The notes below the pieces were generated by a model that saw nothing but the letters and a program-made list of their open reading frames with translations, made no database searches and was not told the DNA's origin. A program made the translations under genes and the position numbers. Positions 39,325 to 52,957 of a DNA stretch of 64,000 bases are shown here, piece by piece (positions within the stretch are counted from its first letter, which is position 1; each line of letters opens with the position of its first letter). Source of the stretch: Octopus bimaculoides (lineage: Eukaryota); assembly GCF_001194135.2 (NCBI RefSeq), contig NC_069007.1:22489650-22553649 (forward strand), in the 5' to 3' direction.

Positions 39325-41529
39325 TTAATTTTAGCCAGTGATGGGAATGGTGGAGATAGGCAAAAACATTATAATGCGTAGAGTATAGTACGACTAGTGA
39401 TAAATTGTTACATAATGAGTAACTTTAGAAGTGTAGTTTTGTCACCATGTGTAATATAAGGAGATACAGCATGGCCATGGCTTCATAGTTAGAAGATTGC
39501 TTCCTAACCACATAATTATAGGTTCAGTCCCACCATATGGCACCTTGGGCAAGAGAGAAACATTCCTTTATCATTGCCTGCCACCAAGCTTAGTTTGTGC
39601 ACTCAATCTGCATCCCTTGTGTTAACTCTTTCTCGGTCTCTCTTTATACACTAACCAACCAACCTTTATATTGGTTTCAAATTTTGGCGCAAAGCCAGCA
39701 GTTTTGAGGGTAGGGATAAGTTGATTACATCAACCCCAGTGCTCAACTGGTACTTATTTTATCAACCCTGAAAGGATGAAAGGTAAAGTTCACCTTGGCA
39801 GAATTTGACACGAAGCGTAATGGTAAATGAAATGCCAGTAATCATTTTGTCCAGCATGTTAATGGTTCTGCTAGCTTGTTGTCACATCAAGCTTTATATT
39901 GGCCATTTTGTTAGAAGCATAAAAGGTGGTCAGTTGGCAGCATGGTTAGCATGCCAGGCAAAATACTTAGCAGCACTCCGTCTGTCGTTACATTCTGAGT
40001 TCAAATTTTGTCGGGGACAACTTTTGCTTTTTGTCCTTTCAGAATTGTTGAACAAAATTCCAGTTGAGCCCCGGAGTCGATGTAATTGATTAGCCTCTCC
40101 CACCCACCCCCTAGTAGAAGGGATTGTTATATAGATGTAGGTGTGGGGCAAGGGCAGAATAAAATCTAAGAAATAAGCTGTTACTAAAAGAATTTGCTGA
40201 TGTTGGGAGATATCATGGAGATACTGTGGAAGTATCTTGAAGGTCAGAAACAGGTTTGACAAAAAATGGAGCAACAACAACAACAACAACAACAGCAGCA
40301 GCAGCAGCAACTGTCACAATTGCAAGGATTTCCCAAGATTGCCAATCAACAATAAAAATATTGCCTTTGCAACTGGTACTTCTATCACTTGTTTCATCAC
40401 AACATTGTTGTTCTACTGCCAACCTCACCACCACAAGCAGCAACAACATGAATGTTTCCTCTAAAATTGCTCCTTTACAGAAATGGCAAGGTTCCATGAG
40501 CAACTTTCTATAAAAGACAAACACAGGAATCTAAGCAATGCAGAAGAACTCATCAACAGAGCTAAAAATGTGAGCTTGGTTTGCAGTTTCTTCACAACTG
40601 ATGATAAGAAGTGCCAGGAGATATATATATACCAGTGTGTGTTTATTAAAAACAGACAGGTTTTAATGCTTCACACATCCATGTGGAAAAATGTCCAAAA
40701 GGAATATGTTACAACATACATTATGTAACTCCTGCCAGGTAATATGGCTGTGTAGAAGTGAGATTGTGAAGCCTTTTATGTATTTCACTGTTTCTTGTGT
40801 ATAAACTTTTGCATTTAAATACACCATCAAATCTTATAAATACACACCAAATTATTATCAAATGAAGAATTATTATTATCATCATTATTGTGGCAAGATG
40901 GCAGAATCATTAGCACATTAAGCAAAACTGTTTTTATATTCTCAGTTCAAATTCATCCAAGTTCTGTTTTCCCTTTCATCCTTTTGGGTCAATAGAATAA
41001 GTAGCAGTTGAGCACTGGGGTTGATGTAATTGACTTATTCCCTATCCTGATTTTGAAACCATTATTATTATGCAAGAGAGCAGTGCATGCTCTGGGGTAC
41101 AAATATATGAAGCCCACTCTACTCATCATGAGTACCCATCTGGTAAGTGTGCAACATGGTGATCTCATATCAAGGTGAACCACGTATGACCTTGATTAAT
41201 TAAGTACCAGTGAAACACTGGGTTTGATGTGATCGGCTAGTCCCCCCCCCAAAAAAAATTTCAGGCCTTGTGCCTTTAGTAGAAAGGATTATTATTATTA
41301 TTATTTATTTGATAGTGGTAGTAGTTGTAGTACCACCTATAGTAGAAAGGATTATTAAAGCTGGCAGAATCATTAGCATATTGGGCAAAATGCTTGGTGG
41401 CATTTTGTCTGTCATGACGTTCTGAGTTCAAATTCCACCAATGTCAACTTTGCCTTGATCGATCCTTTTGGGAGGTCAACTGTATCCCTCTCCCCAATTT
41501 CAGGCCTTGTGCCTATAACATGTGAGATT

Positions 41530-42490
41530 GGGTGGTGTGTTGTGCTCTTGTGCAGTTTTGAAGAGTGTGATTTTAACACCTTTTTCAAAGCTGTAATGGA
41601 AATGACAAAGGAGCATATTTGGCATATTTTGCTTCATGAGTTCAATAAAGGCAACGGCGCAATGGAAAGTGCGAGGAATATTAATGCAGTAAATGGGGAT
41701 TGGACAATAAGCGTAAGCCAGTGTCAATGGTGGTTCCAGAAATTGGAAGTTGGAAAGTACAGCCTAGAAGACGATTCTCATCATGAAAGATCTGTAGAGC
41801 TCAATGAGAACATCCTGCAAACCCTGGTGGAACAAAATCCCATCGTAACTGTTGAGGAACTAGCAGAGAGGCTTGGATTTGGTCATTCAGCCATTCATTG
41901 ACACCTCTGTGTCATTGGCAAAGTCGGTAAATTGGGTCAATGGGTTCCTTACAAACTTTCCGAGTCTAATCATGCGCAGAGAATGAATGTAGGGAAAGGA
42001 GAAATACCGGCATCGCAGGCTAAAGAAGGCCTTTCAGCTCTGTAAGGTGTTATCTATTTGGTGGGATATGAAAGGTTTAATCCACTTTGAACCTTTAAAT
42101 CCAAACCAAACAATAACAGAAATCTACGGTGAGTAACTTGAGTGACTTAAGTCAGCGATAGAAGAAAAACGACCATCTTTGGTTTCAAGACAAAAGGTGT
42201 TCTTCCATCAGGATAATGCTTGGTCACATACAGCGAAGATGACATTCCAAAGGCTGGAGCAGTTTGAATAAGAAACGATGCCCCACCCACCATATTCGTC
42301 AGACATTGCCCCATCTGATTCTCATTTATCCTGCAGTCTTCAAAATCATTTGGACAGAAAAAATGGGATTCTGTAGAAGAGTACAGACAAGTGGATTTTG
42401 GAAGAGGGGCCTTGCAAGTCTACCAGAGAGAGGGAAGAGCATTGTAGAAAATGAAGGAGAGTATATTTTAGATTAAAAAAGAACTTTATC
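41530..42490 (+). mobile_element. Mariner relic (subfamily B), near-complete decayed transposase without TIRs
   Basis: HTH ORF 41455..41901, QWVPYKL (WVPHEL-like), WWDMKG, QDNAWSH and HPPYSSDIAPSD motifs. Confidence 0.92.
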
Positions 42491-43016
42491 TTGAAATATT
42501 CATGGGTCCCACTAGTTATTATTATTAAACTGGAAGAATTGTTAGCACACTGGGCAAAATATTTAGCAACATTTAGTCTGTCTTTACGTTCTGAGTTCAA
42601 ATTCCACCAAGATCGACTTTGCTTTTCATCTTTTCAGGGTTGATAAAATAAGTACCATTCAAACACTGGGGTTGATGTAATTAATTTACCCCCTCTCCCA
42701 AATTGCTGGCCTTGTGCAAAAATTCGAGACCATTATTATTATTACCGTTGTTGTTGTTGCTGTTGCTGTTGTTGTTGTTGGCAGCAGCAGCAATGTATTG
42801 GCAGAATTGAAGTACTGGACAAAATACCTTGCAGTATTTCTTCCAACTGTGTTTGCATTCTGCATTAAAATCTCACTAAGCTGAACTTTGCCTTTTCCTC
42901 CCTCTAGGGATAAACTTAATCCACTGACCCCTCCCTTAAATATTTGCTTTTTCACTAAAATTTCCCCCCCCTATGTTAAAGACATCAATGCTAATTACAG
43001 CTAATCCACCTTTCAG

Positions 43017-43187
43017 GAATGGAACGACAGAGCAGCACTACCTAACCATGTAATAACCATGCTAAACAACTTCCCCAGTAACCTTCATCCTATGTCTCAG
43101 TTTAGCGCTGCCATTACAGCACTGAACAGTGAAAGCAAATTTGCAAAAGCTTATTCTGATGGAGTCCACAAGACTACCTATTGGCAG
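43017..43187 (+). CDS. CS: Citrate synthase exon 5 (EWNDRAALP...KTTYWQ)
   Basis: tttcag acceptor, CAG|GTAAAA donor, 171 nt, [11 protein letters not shown] motif (ORF 43059..43373). Confidence 0.97.
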
Positions 43188-44236
43188 GTAAAATTAACTT
43201 TTATATCTTTTGTTCAAAACTCTACAACAGCTGCTTCCGTCTTCTTGTTTTTCTTTTTTTTTTCTACTTCTTTCTTTGTCCTTTTTCCTTTTTCATTCTT
43301 ATTCTTCCTTCCTTCCTTCCTCCTCCTTCATCATCATCAATCTCTTGATGAAAAGCATTCCAACAATTTCTAGTCTGTCTTTCCTTTTTTTCCTCCAAGA
43401 CATTATATCCAGGATTACAAAAGCCTTAAAAAGAATAATAAATAGATAAATGAAAAAAAAAAAATTAAGATTGAGGTGGGGTTGGCTGCTATTCTACTAG
43501 ACTTCCATGGTCGCTTAAAAACAAATGTTTAGCAATCTACCATTGTTTACTTACTTTGGCAGTATTTCTGATTTACTTGGTATTTTGGCCTCGTTGTTCA
43601 GCTGAATTCCTTGTAAAGCAGGAAATGGTGAACTGTATGTTAAAATTCAGTCAGCTAAAACTGCATCAGTCACTCAGAATACTGATGGCTTGTCAGTGTC
43701 AAAGTTCATTGTTTATAAATGTCTGCTTAGGTGTTGTTTTGGGTATTTTTGTTTACAATTTTTCAACCATGAAACTCATCATACCAAGTACAGATGTGGC
43801 TCTGTGGTAATAAGCTTGCTTCCCAACCACATGGTTCTGAGTTCAGTCAAACTGCGTAGAACCTTGTGGCAAGTGTCTTCTAACTATAGCTTTGAGGCCA
43901 ACCAAAACCTTGACTGAATTTGATAAATGTAAACTGAAAGAAGCCCATCTTTCTCTCCCTCCCTTAGTATATATGTATAAATATGTATATATGTGTGTGT
44001 GCATATATATGTATGTATATACATGTATATCTTGGTTGATCACAGTGTAGTTCATAGTATCAATGGGCATCAGGTAGATCATCATCATGCAATCATTTCT
44101 TCAGGTGAGACAGCATTAATGGATGTTTAAGCCCAAATAAATTATGTCATAATTATTAAATTTTTGAATTGATATATTAGTTTCTTTCATGACTATTTCT
44201 TTCTTTTAAAGAACTTTTTCTTTGTATTTTTTACAG

Positions 44237-44436
44237 TATGTTTATGAAGATTCCATGAATCTCATTGCCAAACTGCCCACCATAGCAGCAATTATTTACC
44301 GAAATCTGTACCGCGATGGCACTTCAGTTGGTGCCATTGATCCAGATAAGGACTGGACATGGAACTTTACCTCCATGTTAGGGTTTGAAGATCCAGCATT
44401 TACTGAACTCATGAGATTGTACCTCACTATTCACAG
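44237..44436 (+). CDS. CS: Citrate synthase exon 6 ([14 protein letters not shown]...RLYLTIH)
   Basis: ttttttacag acceptor, AG|GTTGGT phase-2 donor, 200 nt (ORF 44222..44503). Confidence 0.97.
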
Positions 44437-47400
44437 GTTGGTCTTGAATTACTGCATGGATTTATATAATCCTTTGCGGAACTTCTGTTCATTGCATCTT
44501 TGAATACTTGTCTGTGTATGTTTGTGTGTGTTTTTCTGTATTTGCACGTGTGTATGCTTTTCTGTTTGCTTCTGTGTGTTTTCTGTATTTAACTGTGTAG
44601 TAGGTTTTTGTGTGTGTATTTGAGTGTGTGTGGCTAAGTATTTGTTTGAGTGTTCTGTGTTTGAAGGTGAAGTTATGTGGCTTAGTGGTTATGGTATTCA
44701 GCTCACAGCTATAAGGTCATGAGTTCAATACCCAACAGTATGTCGTGTCCATGAGCAAAGACATTTTATTTCACATTGCTCCAGTCGTAGAACCTGTATT
44801 TCAAAGGGCCAGCCTTGTCACATTGTGTGTCATGCTGAATCTCTCTCAGAACTATGTCTGTGGAATGCTCAGCCACTTGCACATTAAATTCACCTCATAA
44901 CTGACAGTTCCAATTCTGTATTTGTGTATGCAGCGTATGTAGTGTGTGTGCATAGCTACAGCAAGACGTGCCTGTGTTCTGTATTCACATGTGGTGTGTA
45001 TTTTTGTAAGTGTGTGTTCCGTTTGTCCATTGATCTCAAGTATTTGTGTGTGTTGGTGCAGTGAGTTACAGAATTAGTAGTGACTCATTATCTGATTAAC
45101 GCTTCTTGTTGCAGTTCATTACCTCTTTATGTAAATGGCCAAGAGTAAGTCCACTCTCCACCTCACTATAAATTGGTACAATGAGGAGGTTCACTTCTCT
45201 GAATGTTAGAAGGGATGACAGACAGTACTGAGCTGTTAAGTTACGGGGGACAGCAATGAGAGTAGTGGGATGTTAAAATATTCCTTACATCTGTATGGAT
45301 GAGTGTGTGTGTGTGTACATTACCAACAACAATATGCTGACAAGATAGCCTCTGGGTGGTTGTTTGACCTGCTACAAACTGCAGGTAAATCTCTCTGGAG
45401 TCATGTCCTACTATTGTAAACTAGGGTGTGTTTTATTTTACTTTCATCTTTTGTCTTTTACTTGTTGCAGTCATTACCCTATGGCCATGCTGGGGCACCA
45501 CTTGGAACTTTTAGTTGAATGAATTGACCCCAGTAGTTGTTTATTTGTTTTTCGTTTCAAGCTTGGTACTTATTCTGTTAGTCTCTTTTGCTGAACTGCT
45601 AAGTTACAGGGACATACACACCAACACCAATTAAGTGGTGATGGAAGACACACACAATGGGCTTCTTTCAGATTCCATCTACTAGATCCACTCACAAGGC
45701 TTTGGTCAGCCCTGAGGCTAGAGTAGAAGACACTTACCGAAAGTGCCATGCAGTAAGACTAGAATCATGTGGCCGAGAAGCCAGCTTCTTACTATACAGC
45801 CATGCATGCACCTATTTATTGATTTATTTTTGATACATTTCTTGTCTATAAATCTCTTGCTTGGCACTGATTGACTGCAGAAGCAGTTTTGTTTAAAATG
45901 CACCTAGTCATGGTATAAACTATGAAATGTTGACCTTCTCTGCTATAAATCATTCAGGTCCTGTTCTATTTCTGTTTATTAGGAAACAAGAAGTCATTTT
46001 GGTTTTATTCTTTTCTGCTCTTTTATTGATATATGGCTGTTGACTGGCAGAATTGGTAGAGCATCACATAAAATGCCTTGTGTTTTTGTTATGTATCTTC
46101 ATGTTCAAATCTTGCTTTGGTTGACTTAGCTTCTTTTTCTTCTTCTTCTTCTGAGAGCAAGTGTGGTGTACTATAGCCCTGGGCTGACCAAGTTCTTGTG
46201 AGTGGTTTTGGTAGACAGTAACTGAAAGAAACTCACGTGTGGGAGAGAGTGAGTGAGGGAAAGAAGGAGGTTTGATTCAGCTCCATGCCCATTTTAGACC
46301 TTTCTTTACTGGATTTATTTTGAGATGTTTTGTAAAATAACTTGGTTATCATTAAGCTAGTTTTAGATTATGACTAAGGTCTGGTGGAAGATTTTAATTC
46401 AGAACTTATGAAAATGAGACATTTGTAGTACAGAGCTGGTTTCAGCCGGGTTTGTATCAAAAGGGTTAAATGATAAATATAACTCCTACTAAATGTGTTG
46501 AGTACCTTGTTTTTCTTTTTTTTGTCCACTCGTGTGTGTGTGTGTGTCTCATCATCATTTAATGTTTGCTTTCCCTACTGGCATGGGTTGGACAGTTTGA
46601 CAGGAGCTGGGTAGACAGAAGACTGCACCAGGCTTCAGTGTCTGTTTTGGCAGGGTTTTTTGATGGGTGGATGCCTTTCCTAACATCAGCCACCCTGCAG
46701 AGTTGATCAAGTGCTTTTTACTTGATGCCACCACAGGCGAGGTGGCATCAGAATGTGTATATATATATATATNNNNNNNNNNNNNNNNNNNNNNNNNNNN
46801 NNNNNNNNNNNNNNNNNNNNNNNNNNNNNNNNNNNNNAATGGGTGCTTATTCTATTGGTCTTTCTGGCCAGACAGCTAAGTTATGGGGGCATAAGCACAC
46901 ACCAATACAAGTTGTCAAGTGGTGCTGGGACACCCACATAAAATGAGCTTTCAGTTTCTATCTACCAAATCCACTCACAAGGCTTTGGTTGGCCTAAAGC
47001 TATAGAAGATACCCAAGGTGCCACGCAGTGGCGCTGAACCTTGAACCATGTGGTTGGGAAGCAAACTTCTCAGCATGCAGCCATGCTTACACTTTTTTTC
47101 TTTTTACTTTCTGATTCTCAATAAAGGAGCAATATTCATGATTTTTGCAGGCCCTCTAAAATTTAAGTAAAAACCACTCAGGCTCTAGGATGTCAGTCTG
47201 TATAATGTTAGATGTTCAATCTGTTTATGTATTTTGATATTTTGAAACTAATAGTAGCAATGGATTGGTGCAGTTTTTATAACTATAAAATAATGAACAA
47301 TATACTATTTATTTGTATATCTGTCTTTTCTCTCTCTCTCTCTCTCTTTTGAAGAATTTTAGTTGAATAAATTAACCCTAAGGCTTTTTTTAAAAAACCT

Positions 47401-47673
47401 ATTACTTATCCTATTGATTTCTTTTGCCAAACTACCAAGTTACAGGGATGTAAATGCACCAACATCAGTTGTCAAGCAGTGGTGGGAGACAGACACTCAC
47501 ATATACAACTTCTTTCAGTTTTCATCTACCAAATCCAATTTATGCATTTTGATATTTTGAAGCTAATAGTGGCAATGGTGCTGTTTCTTTTATAAGTATA
47601 GAATAATTAACAGTGAATCTACTATTTATTTGTATATCTGTCAATCTCTTCATCTTTTCTCTCTCTCTTTCAG

Positions 47674-47803
47674 TGATCATGAAGGAGGCAATGTCAGTGC
47701 CCATACAACTCACCTTGTAGGCAGTGCCCTTTCTGACCCTTATTTAGCATTTGCAGGAGGAATGAATGGTCTTGCAGGGCCACTTCATGGACTTGCTAAT
47801 CAG
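47674..47803 (+). CDS. CS: Citrate synthase exon 7 ([10 protein letters not shown]...GPLHGLANQ)
   Basis: Strong pyrimidine tract plus cag, CAG|GTGACT donor, 130 nt. Contains the catalytic His of GPLHG. Confidence 0.98.
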
Positions 47804-48844
47804 GTGACTTTATAACTACCATTACTCAGTATTTTTTTATTTTACTTCTATTTTTCCTTTTACTTTCTTTATTTGTTATTGAGTGAAGGTGCATAGCTCA
47901 GTGGTTAGAATGTTGGGCTTACAATCGTGAGGTTGTGAGTTCAATTCCTGGACTGGACTGTGTGTTGTGTTTTTGAGTGAGACACTTTATTTCATGTTGC
48001 TCCAGTTCTACTGAGCTGTAGAAATGAGCTGCAGCGTCACTGGTGCCAAACTGCATCAGTCTTTGCTTTCCCTTTGGCTGGTGTGCATGGATGGTATGCT
48101 AGTTTTCCATAAACAATGTTGCCTGGACTTGTGCCTCCGAGGGGAACTTTCTAGGTGCAAGACCAAAGGGGTCTTTACCCTTTTATCATGTGTGTGTGTG
48201 TGAGAAAGTGCATGGCTCAGTGGTTAGAGCATTGGGCTCAAAATCATGAGGTTGTGAGTTCAATTCCTGGACCGGGTTGTGCTGTGTTGTCTTTCATGAC
48301 TGGAGTGGGCTCTTTCTACCTTGGTTATTTGTGTGGAATTTGTTGTGAACTCATTTCTGGATTCAAATATTCAATTTCTGCTGAAACTAACTTTGCCTTT
48401 CGTCCTTTGGAGGTTGATGATTACCAGCCAAGTAGCCCTTATCTCCTCCAGCCAATTCATTATATTCATCATTGGTAAGATGGCTAAATCATTAGTGCAT
48501 TGCAGAAAATGCTGACTGGCATTTCTTCCAGCTATTTTCATTCTGAGTTCAAATAATGCTGAGGTCAATGGTCTGAACCAACTCTCTTCCCCTAAAATTG
48601 CTGGCTTTTTGCTGAAATGTGAGACTATTATTTATCATCATCATTGTTGTTTAACATCCAATTTCCATGCTGGCATGGTTTGGATTGTTTAACTGAGAAC
48701 TGGCAGGCCAGGAGGCTGCACCAAGCTTCAATCTGATTTGGCAAAGAGCCAATAACATTAAGGTGGTGAGCTGGCAGAATGAGCACTCTGAGCGAAATGT
48801 TTAGAGTTAAACTAGCAAAAAGCCAAAATCCTAGTAAGAAGGCA

Positions 48845-50180
48845 GACAAATCACAAATCCCTTCAGGTAGATGCCCTTGTTCAATCTGTAGAAAAGATGT
48901 AGGTAGAAACTCCATAAGATGCACCCAGTGTAAGCTTTGGACACACAAAAGGTGCAGCAATATCAAAGGAAGGTTAACAGGGACGCTAACCTTTGTATGT
49001 GGTAGGTGCACAGGTGCCATAAATGCTGAAGATGTGCCAGTAGAGAAAGCTAGAGGTAGTAGATAGCTCTTGGTATCTAGGTGACCAGGTTAGTGGTGGA
49101 GGTGTATGTTCCAAGAGCATAGCTGTGAGAATAAGATTAGGCTGGGCAAAGTTCAGAGACGTCTTACCCCTGCTGGCAACAAAGGGCCTCTCTCACTCAG
49201 AGTGAAAGGTAGATTGTTTGATGTTTGTGTGCGAACAGCTATGCTGCATGGCAGTGAAACATGGGCTGTTACAGCCGAGGACATCTGTAGACTTGAGAGA
49301 AATGAAGCCAGTAATGCTTCACTTGATGTGCAATGTCAGTGTACATGTTCAACAAAGTGTAAGCATCTTGAGAGAAAAGTTAGGCATAAGAGGAATCAGA
49401 TGTGGTGTGCAAGAGAGAAGACTGTGCTGGTATGGTCATGTGATGCATATGGATGCGGACAGCTGTGTAAAGCGGTGCTGATCTGTAACTGTAGGGGGAA
49501 CCTGTAATAGGGATAGACCCAGGAAGACATAGGATGAGGTGGTGAAGAATGATCTTCAAACTTTGAGCCTCACAAAAGCAATGACTAGTGACTGAGACCT
49601 TTGGCGATGTGCTGTGCTTGAGTGGACCCTTCAAGGCAAGTGCACATGTGCTGGTGGCACATAAAGAATCAAAATCTGAATGTTGGGCCTCACAGAGGCA
49701 AAACAGTTGAGTTCCTTCCAAGCATTGGGCCTCATGGAAGTAAAACAGCTGAGTCACTTTTGAGTCCCAGGTGTCACAGAGGTGAGGTGGCTGAGTTCCT
49801 TCTGAGTGTCAGGCCTCATGGAGGCAAAGTGGCTGAGTTTTTTTCAAGTGTTGGGCCTCACGGAGTTAATGACCAAGGCCTTTGGCATTGTGTTGTGCTT
49901 GAGAAGAAGACCCATTGAGCCGAGCAAAATTGCAGTCGTGGCAGATACTAATGTCACACAAATTGGCATCCAAGCTGGTGGCACGTAAACGCACCCCAGT
50001 GTCATGCAAATGGCACATAAACGCACCCATTATATTCTCGGAGTGGTTGGCGTTAGGAGGGGGATCCACTCGTAGAAAATCATGCCAAATCAGACTGGAG
50101 TCTGGTGCAGTCCCTCACCTTGCCAGCCCAGTCAAACCGTCTGACCCATGCCAGCACGGACACCGGACGTTACATGATGG
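48845..50180 (+). mobile_element. RTE LINE 3' part with Cys-rich finger, RT C-terminus and tandem-repeat 3' UTR
   Basis: CPCSICRKDVGRNSIRCTQCKLWTHKRC, TAMLHGSETW and WYGHVMHM motifs; about 42-bp tandem units at 49670-49870; family tail. Confidence 0.9.
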
Positions 50181-50431
50181 TGATAGTCCATTGCAGGATT
50201 ACTCATTTTTGTCAGCTGAGTGAACTGGAGCAACGTGAAATGAAGTGTTTTGCTCAAACCAGGAATTGAAACCACAATATTGCAATCATATTAGTCCAAC
50301 ACCCAAACCACTAAGCCATGCACTTCCACCATGATATAGCTTCTGATGTTTTTCTGTCTGTTTCTTAGCGGTGTGTGTGTATGTGAAAACATACATTATC
50401 TCTATGTGTTTAAAATTTATGAATATTTCAG

Positions 50432-50533
50432 GAAGTCCTCGTGTGGTTGACGAAGTTACAGCAGCAACTTGGCGGTGAAGTTTCAGATGATCAGCTAAGG
50501 GAATTTATATGGAACACCTTGAAATCTGGGCAG
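50432..50533 (+). CDS. CS: Citrate synthase exon 8 (EVLVWLTK...NTLKSGQ)
   Basis: atttcag acceptor, CAG|GTAAGT donor, 102 nt (ORF 50441..50704). Confidence 0.97.
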
Positions 50534-50829
50534 GTAAGTTTGCAACAGATGAAGATTATAAGAACCAACATGTCTACAATTAACGGTCTCTTGTTTTTTA
50601 CTCGCAAGACAGGAATGAGAGAACCTTTGAATTATATCGATCACACATGTGTTTTGCTGTTTGAGGACACTCGAAAATACATACAGCTAAGTCATACTCC
50701 ATGACTGGTGTAGCAGCACCATAGTCAACTGCTGCAAGTAGAAAGGTGAGGCTTTAGATAGAAATAACTATAAGGGTTTCAAATTATTGGATCAGGTGAT
50801 AAAAGTTACAGAGAGGGCCACAGCCCAAC

Positions 50830-51450
50830 AAATTAGGGAGAGAGTTAGGCTAGATGAGATGCAGTTTGGTTTTGTCCTAGGCAGAAGCACCACTATATTT
50901 CTGGTAAGGCAACTACAGGAGAAATATATAGCCAAACATTAAACCTCCGTACTTGGCTTTTGTTGACTTGAAGAAAGCTTTTGACAGGGTCCTCCAATCC
51001 TTTATGTGGTGGTCAATGTGGAAACTGGGGATAGATGAGTGGTTGGTAAGAGCTGTACAAATGCTGTACAGAGATGCTGTCAGGAAGGTGAGGGTTGGCA
51101 ACGAGTATAGTGAAGAATTCCGAGTAGAAGTAGGGATTCACCAAGGATCAGTCCTCAGCTCCTCTTATTTGTCACAGTCCTCCAGACAATAACAGAGGAA
51201 TTCAAGACAGGCTGCCCCTGGGAGCTCCTCTATGGTGATGACTTTGCCCTAATAGCTGACTAACTGGCAGGACTAGAGATGAAGTTCAGGGTGTGGAAGC
51301 AAAGATTAGAATTGAAGGGCGTAAGGGTCAACCTTGCAAAAACCAAAGTCTTAGTAAGTAGGAAGGCTGTCAAACCACAATCCCTTTCAAGTACATGGCC
51401 CTGCTCAATCTGTAGAAAACGTGTGAGTAGAAACTCCATATGATGTGCCT
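50830..51450 (+). mobile_element. RTE LINE RT core fragment
   Basis: QFGFV.GRSTT, FVDLKKAFDRV, GIHQGSVLS and ELLYGDD motifs (ORF 50953..51192). Confidence 0.9.
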
Positions 51451-52918
51451 GGTGATGGACCTCATTGACGTAGAGGGATCATTGTCAATCATGGCCTGGG
51501 TCTCAGCAACAAATTCAGGAGTTATTTTCTTATCAGAACAATCGGAGTGGTTGGTTTTAGGAAGGATATCCAGCTGTAGAAACTGCGAAATCAGATTGGA
51601 ACCTTGTGCAGCTTACCATTTTTCTGTGAAACCGTCTAACTCATGCCAGCATGGAAAATGGACATTATATGATGATGATGATAATGTTGATGATACACAC
51701 ACACACACACACACACACGCATGCACGCACACATAAATAAATGACAACTGGTGTTTACTTGTTTACATCCTTGTAACTTAGCAATTTGGAGAGACCATTA
51801 GAATAAGTACCAGGATCAGTTTGTTTGACTAAAATCCTTCAAGACAGTACCCCAGCATGGCTGCAATCAAATGACTGAAACAAGTAAAAAAAATGAATGC
51901 TGGAGGAAGAAGTGAAGCCAGTGTTTCAAGGGAAATGACTTTGACAATTTCTTCATGTCAGTAGTTACATATTGTGCGTGTGTTTGTGTCTGCGAGTGAG
52001 AGAAGGAGAGAGATACGTTACAAATTATATGTTGATGTAATTTATATTTAATATATGTGTGTGTGTGTATGCACATGTTTGTTTAATCTTAATTACAACC
52101 AAAATCTCCAATGTCATTATCCTTTCAGGGTCAATAAGTACCAGTTGAGCACTGAAGATGATGGAATTGACTTGCCCCTAAAATTGCTTGCTTTGTGCCA
52201 AAATTGGAAGCCATTATTATTATTATTATTATCAATTTGAATCTGGCCCTTATTCTTGGTCGAATTTATGTGAGCAGCAGGCTACTACCTTGTAACCTTT
52301 GGTTTCCACAAGCTTTGAAAAGTCTTTCAAGTGCTTAAAACCCTTCTGATAATCTTTCTTCTTCCTGTGACCCAAACTTTTTCCAGAAGCTCTACAGGAC
52401 ATTCCTTTCCAGTCTCATTGAACTAATGTCTGCATTTTTACTCACAGTTCCTAATGCACCAATTTTTACAGACACGACCTTTACAGTTTTCATATACTAA
52501 TTGCTTGCAATTTTAAATGTTATGGGATTATACTTTTTGAAATTTCCCATCCTCTTTCTTTACAATCCTGGAATCAAACGAACATGGTGGATCAATTAGT
52601 AAGCAACTTTACTTTTAATTATTATTATTAGACTGGTGAGGCTGACTGGATCAACTCTATGCTTTTCTAAGCAAGAAGAAAGAAACTGAAAGAGAGCACA
52701 TTCACATGCCAGGATGGTAGAGTAACCTGGGATTTTTGTGTGGGATTTACTCAAGATTACCCTAAGTGAACTGCCCCACTATTTGGGATTGTGATTGTTA
52801 TTTATTTCTCTAATTTCTATTATATATCCTTTTTTATATTTCTTTCCCTGTGATCGATGTAAACCCAACCTTTTTTGTTTTGTTGTGTGTGCTGTCATCC
52901 ATCCTTTGATATTGTCCT

Positions 52919-52954
<36 letters not shown>

Positions 52955-52957
52955 CAG

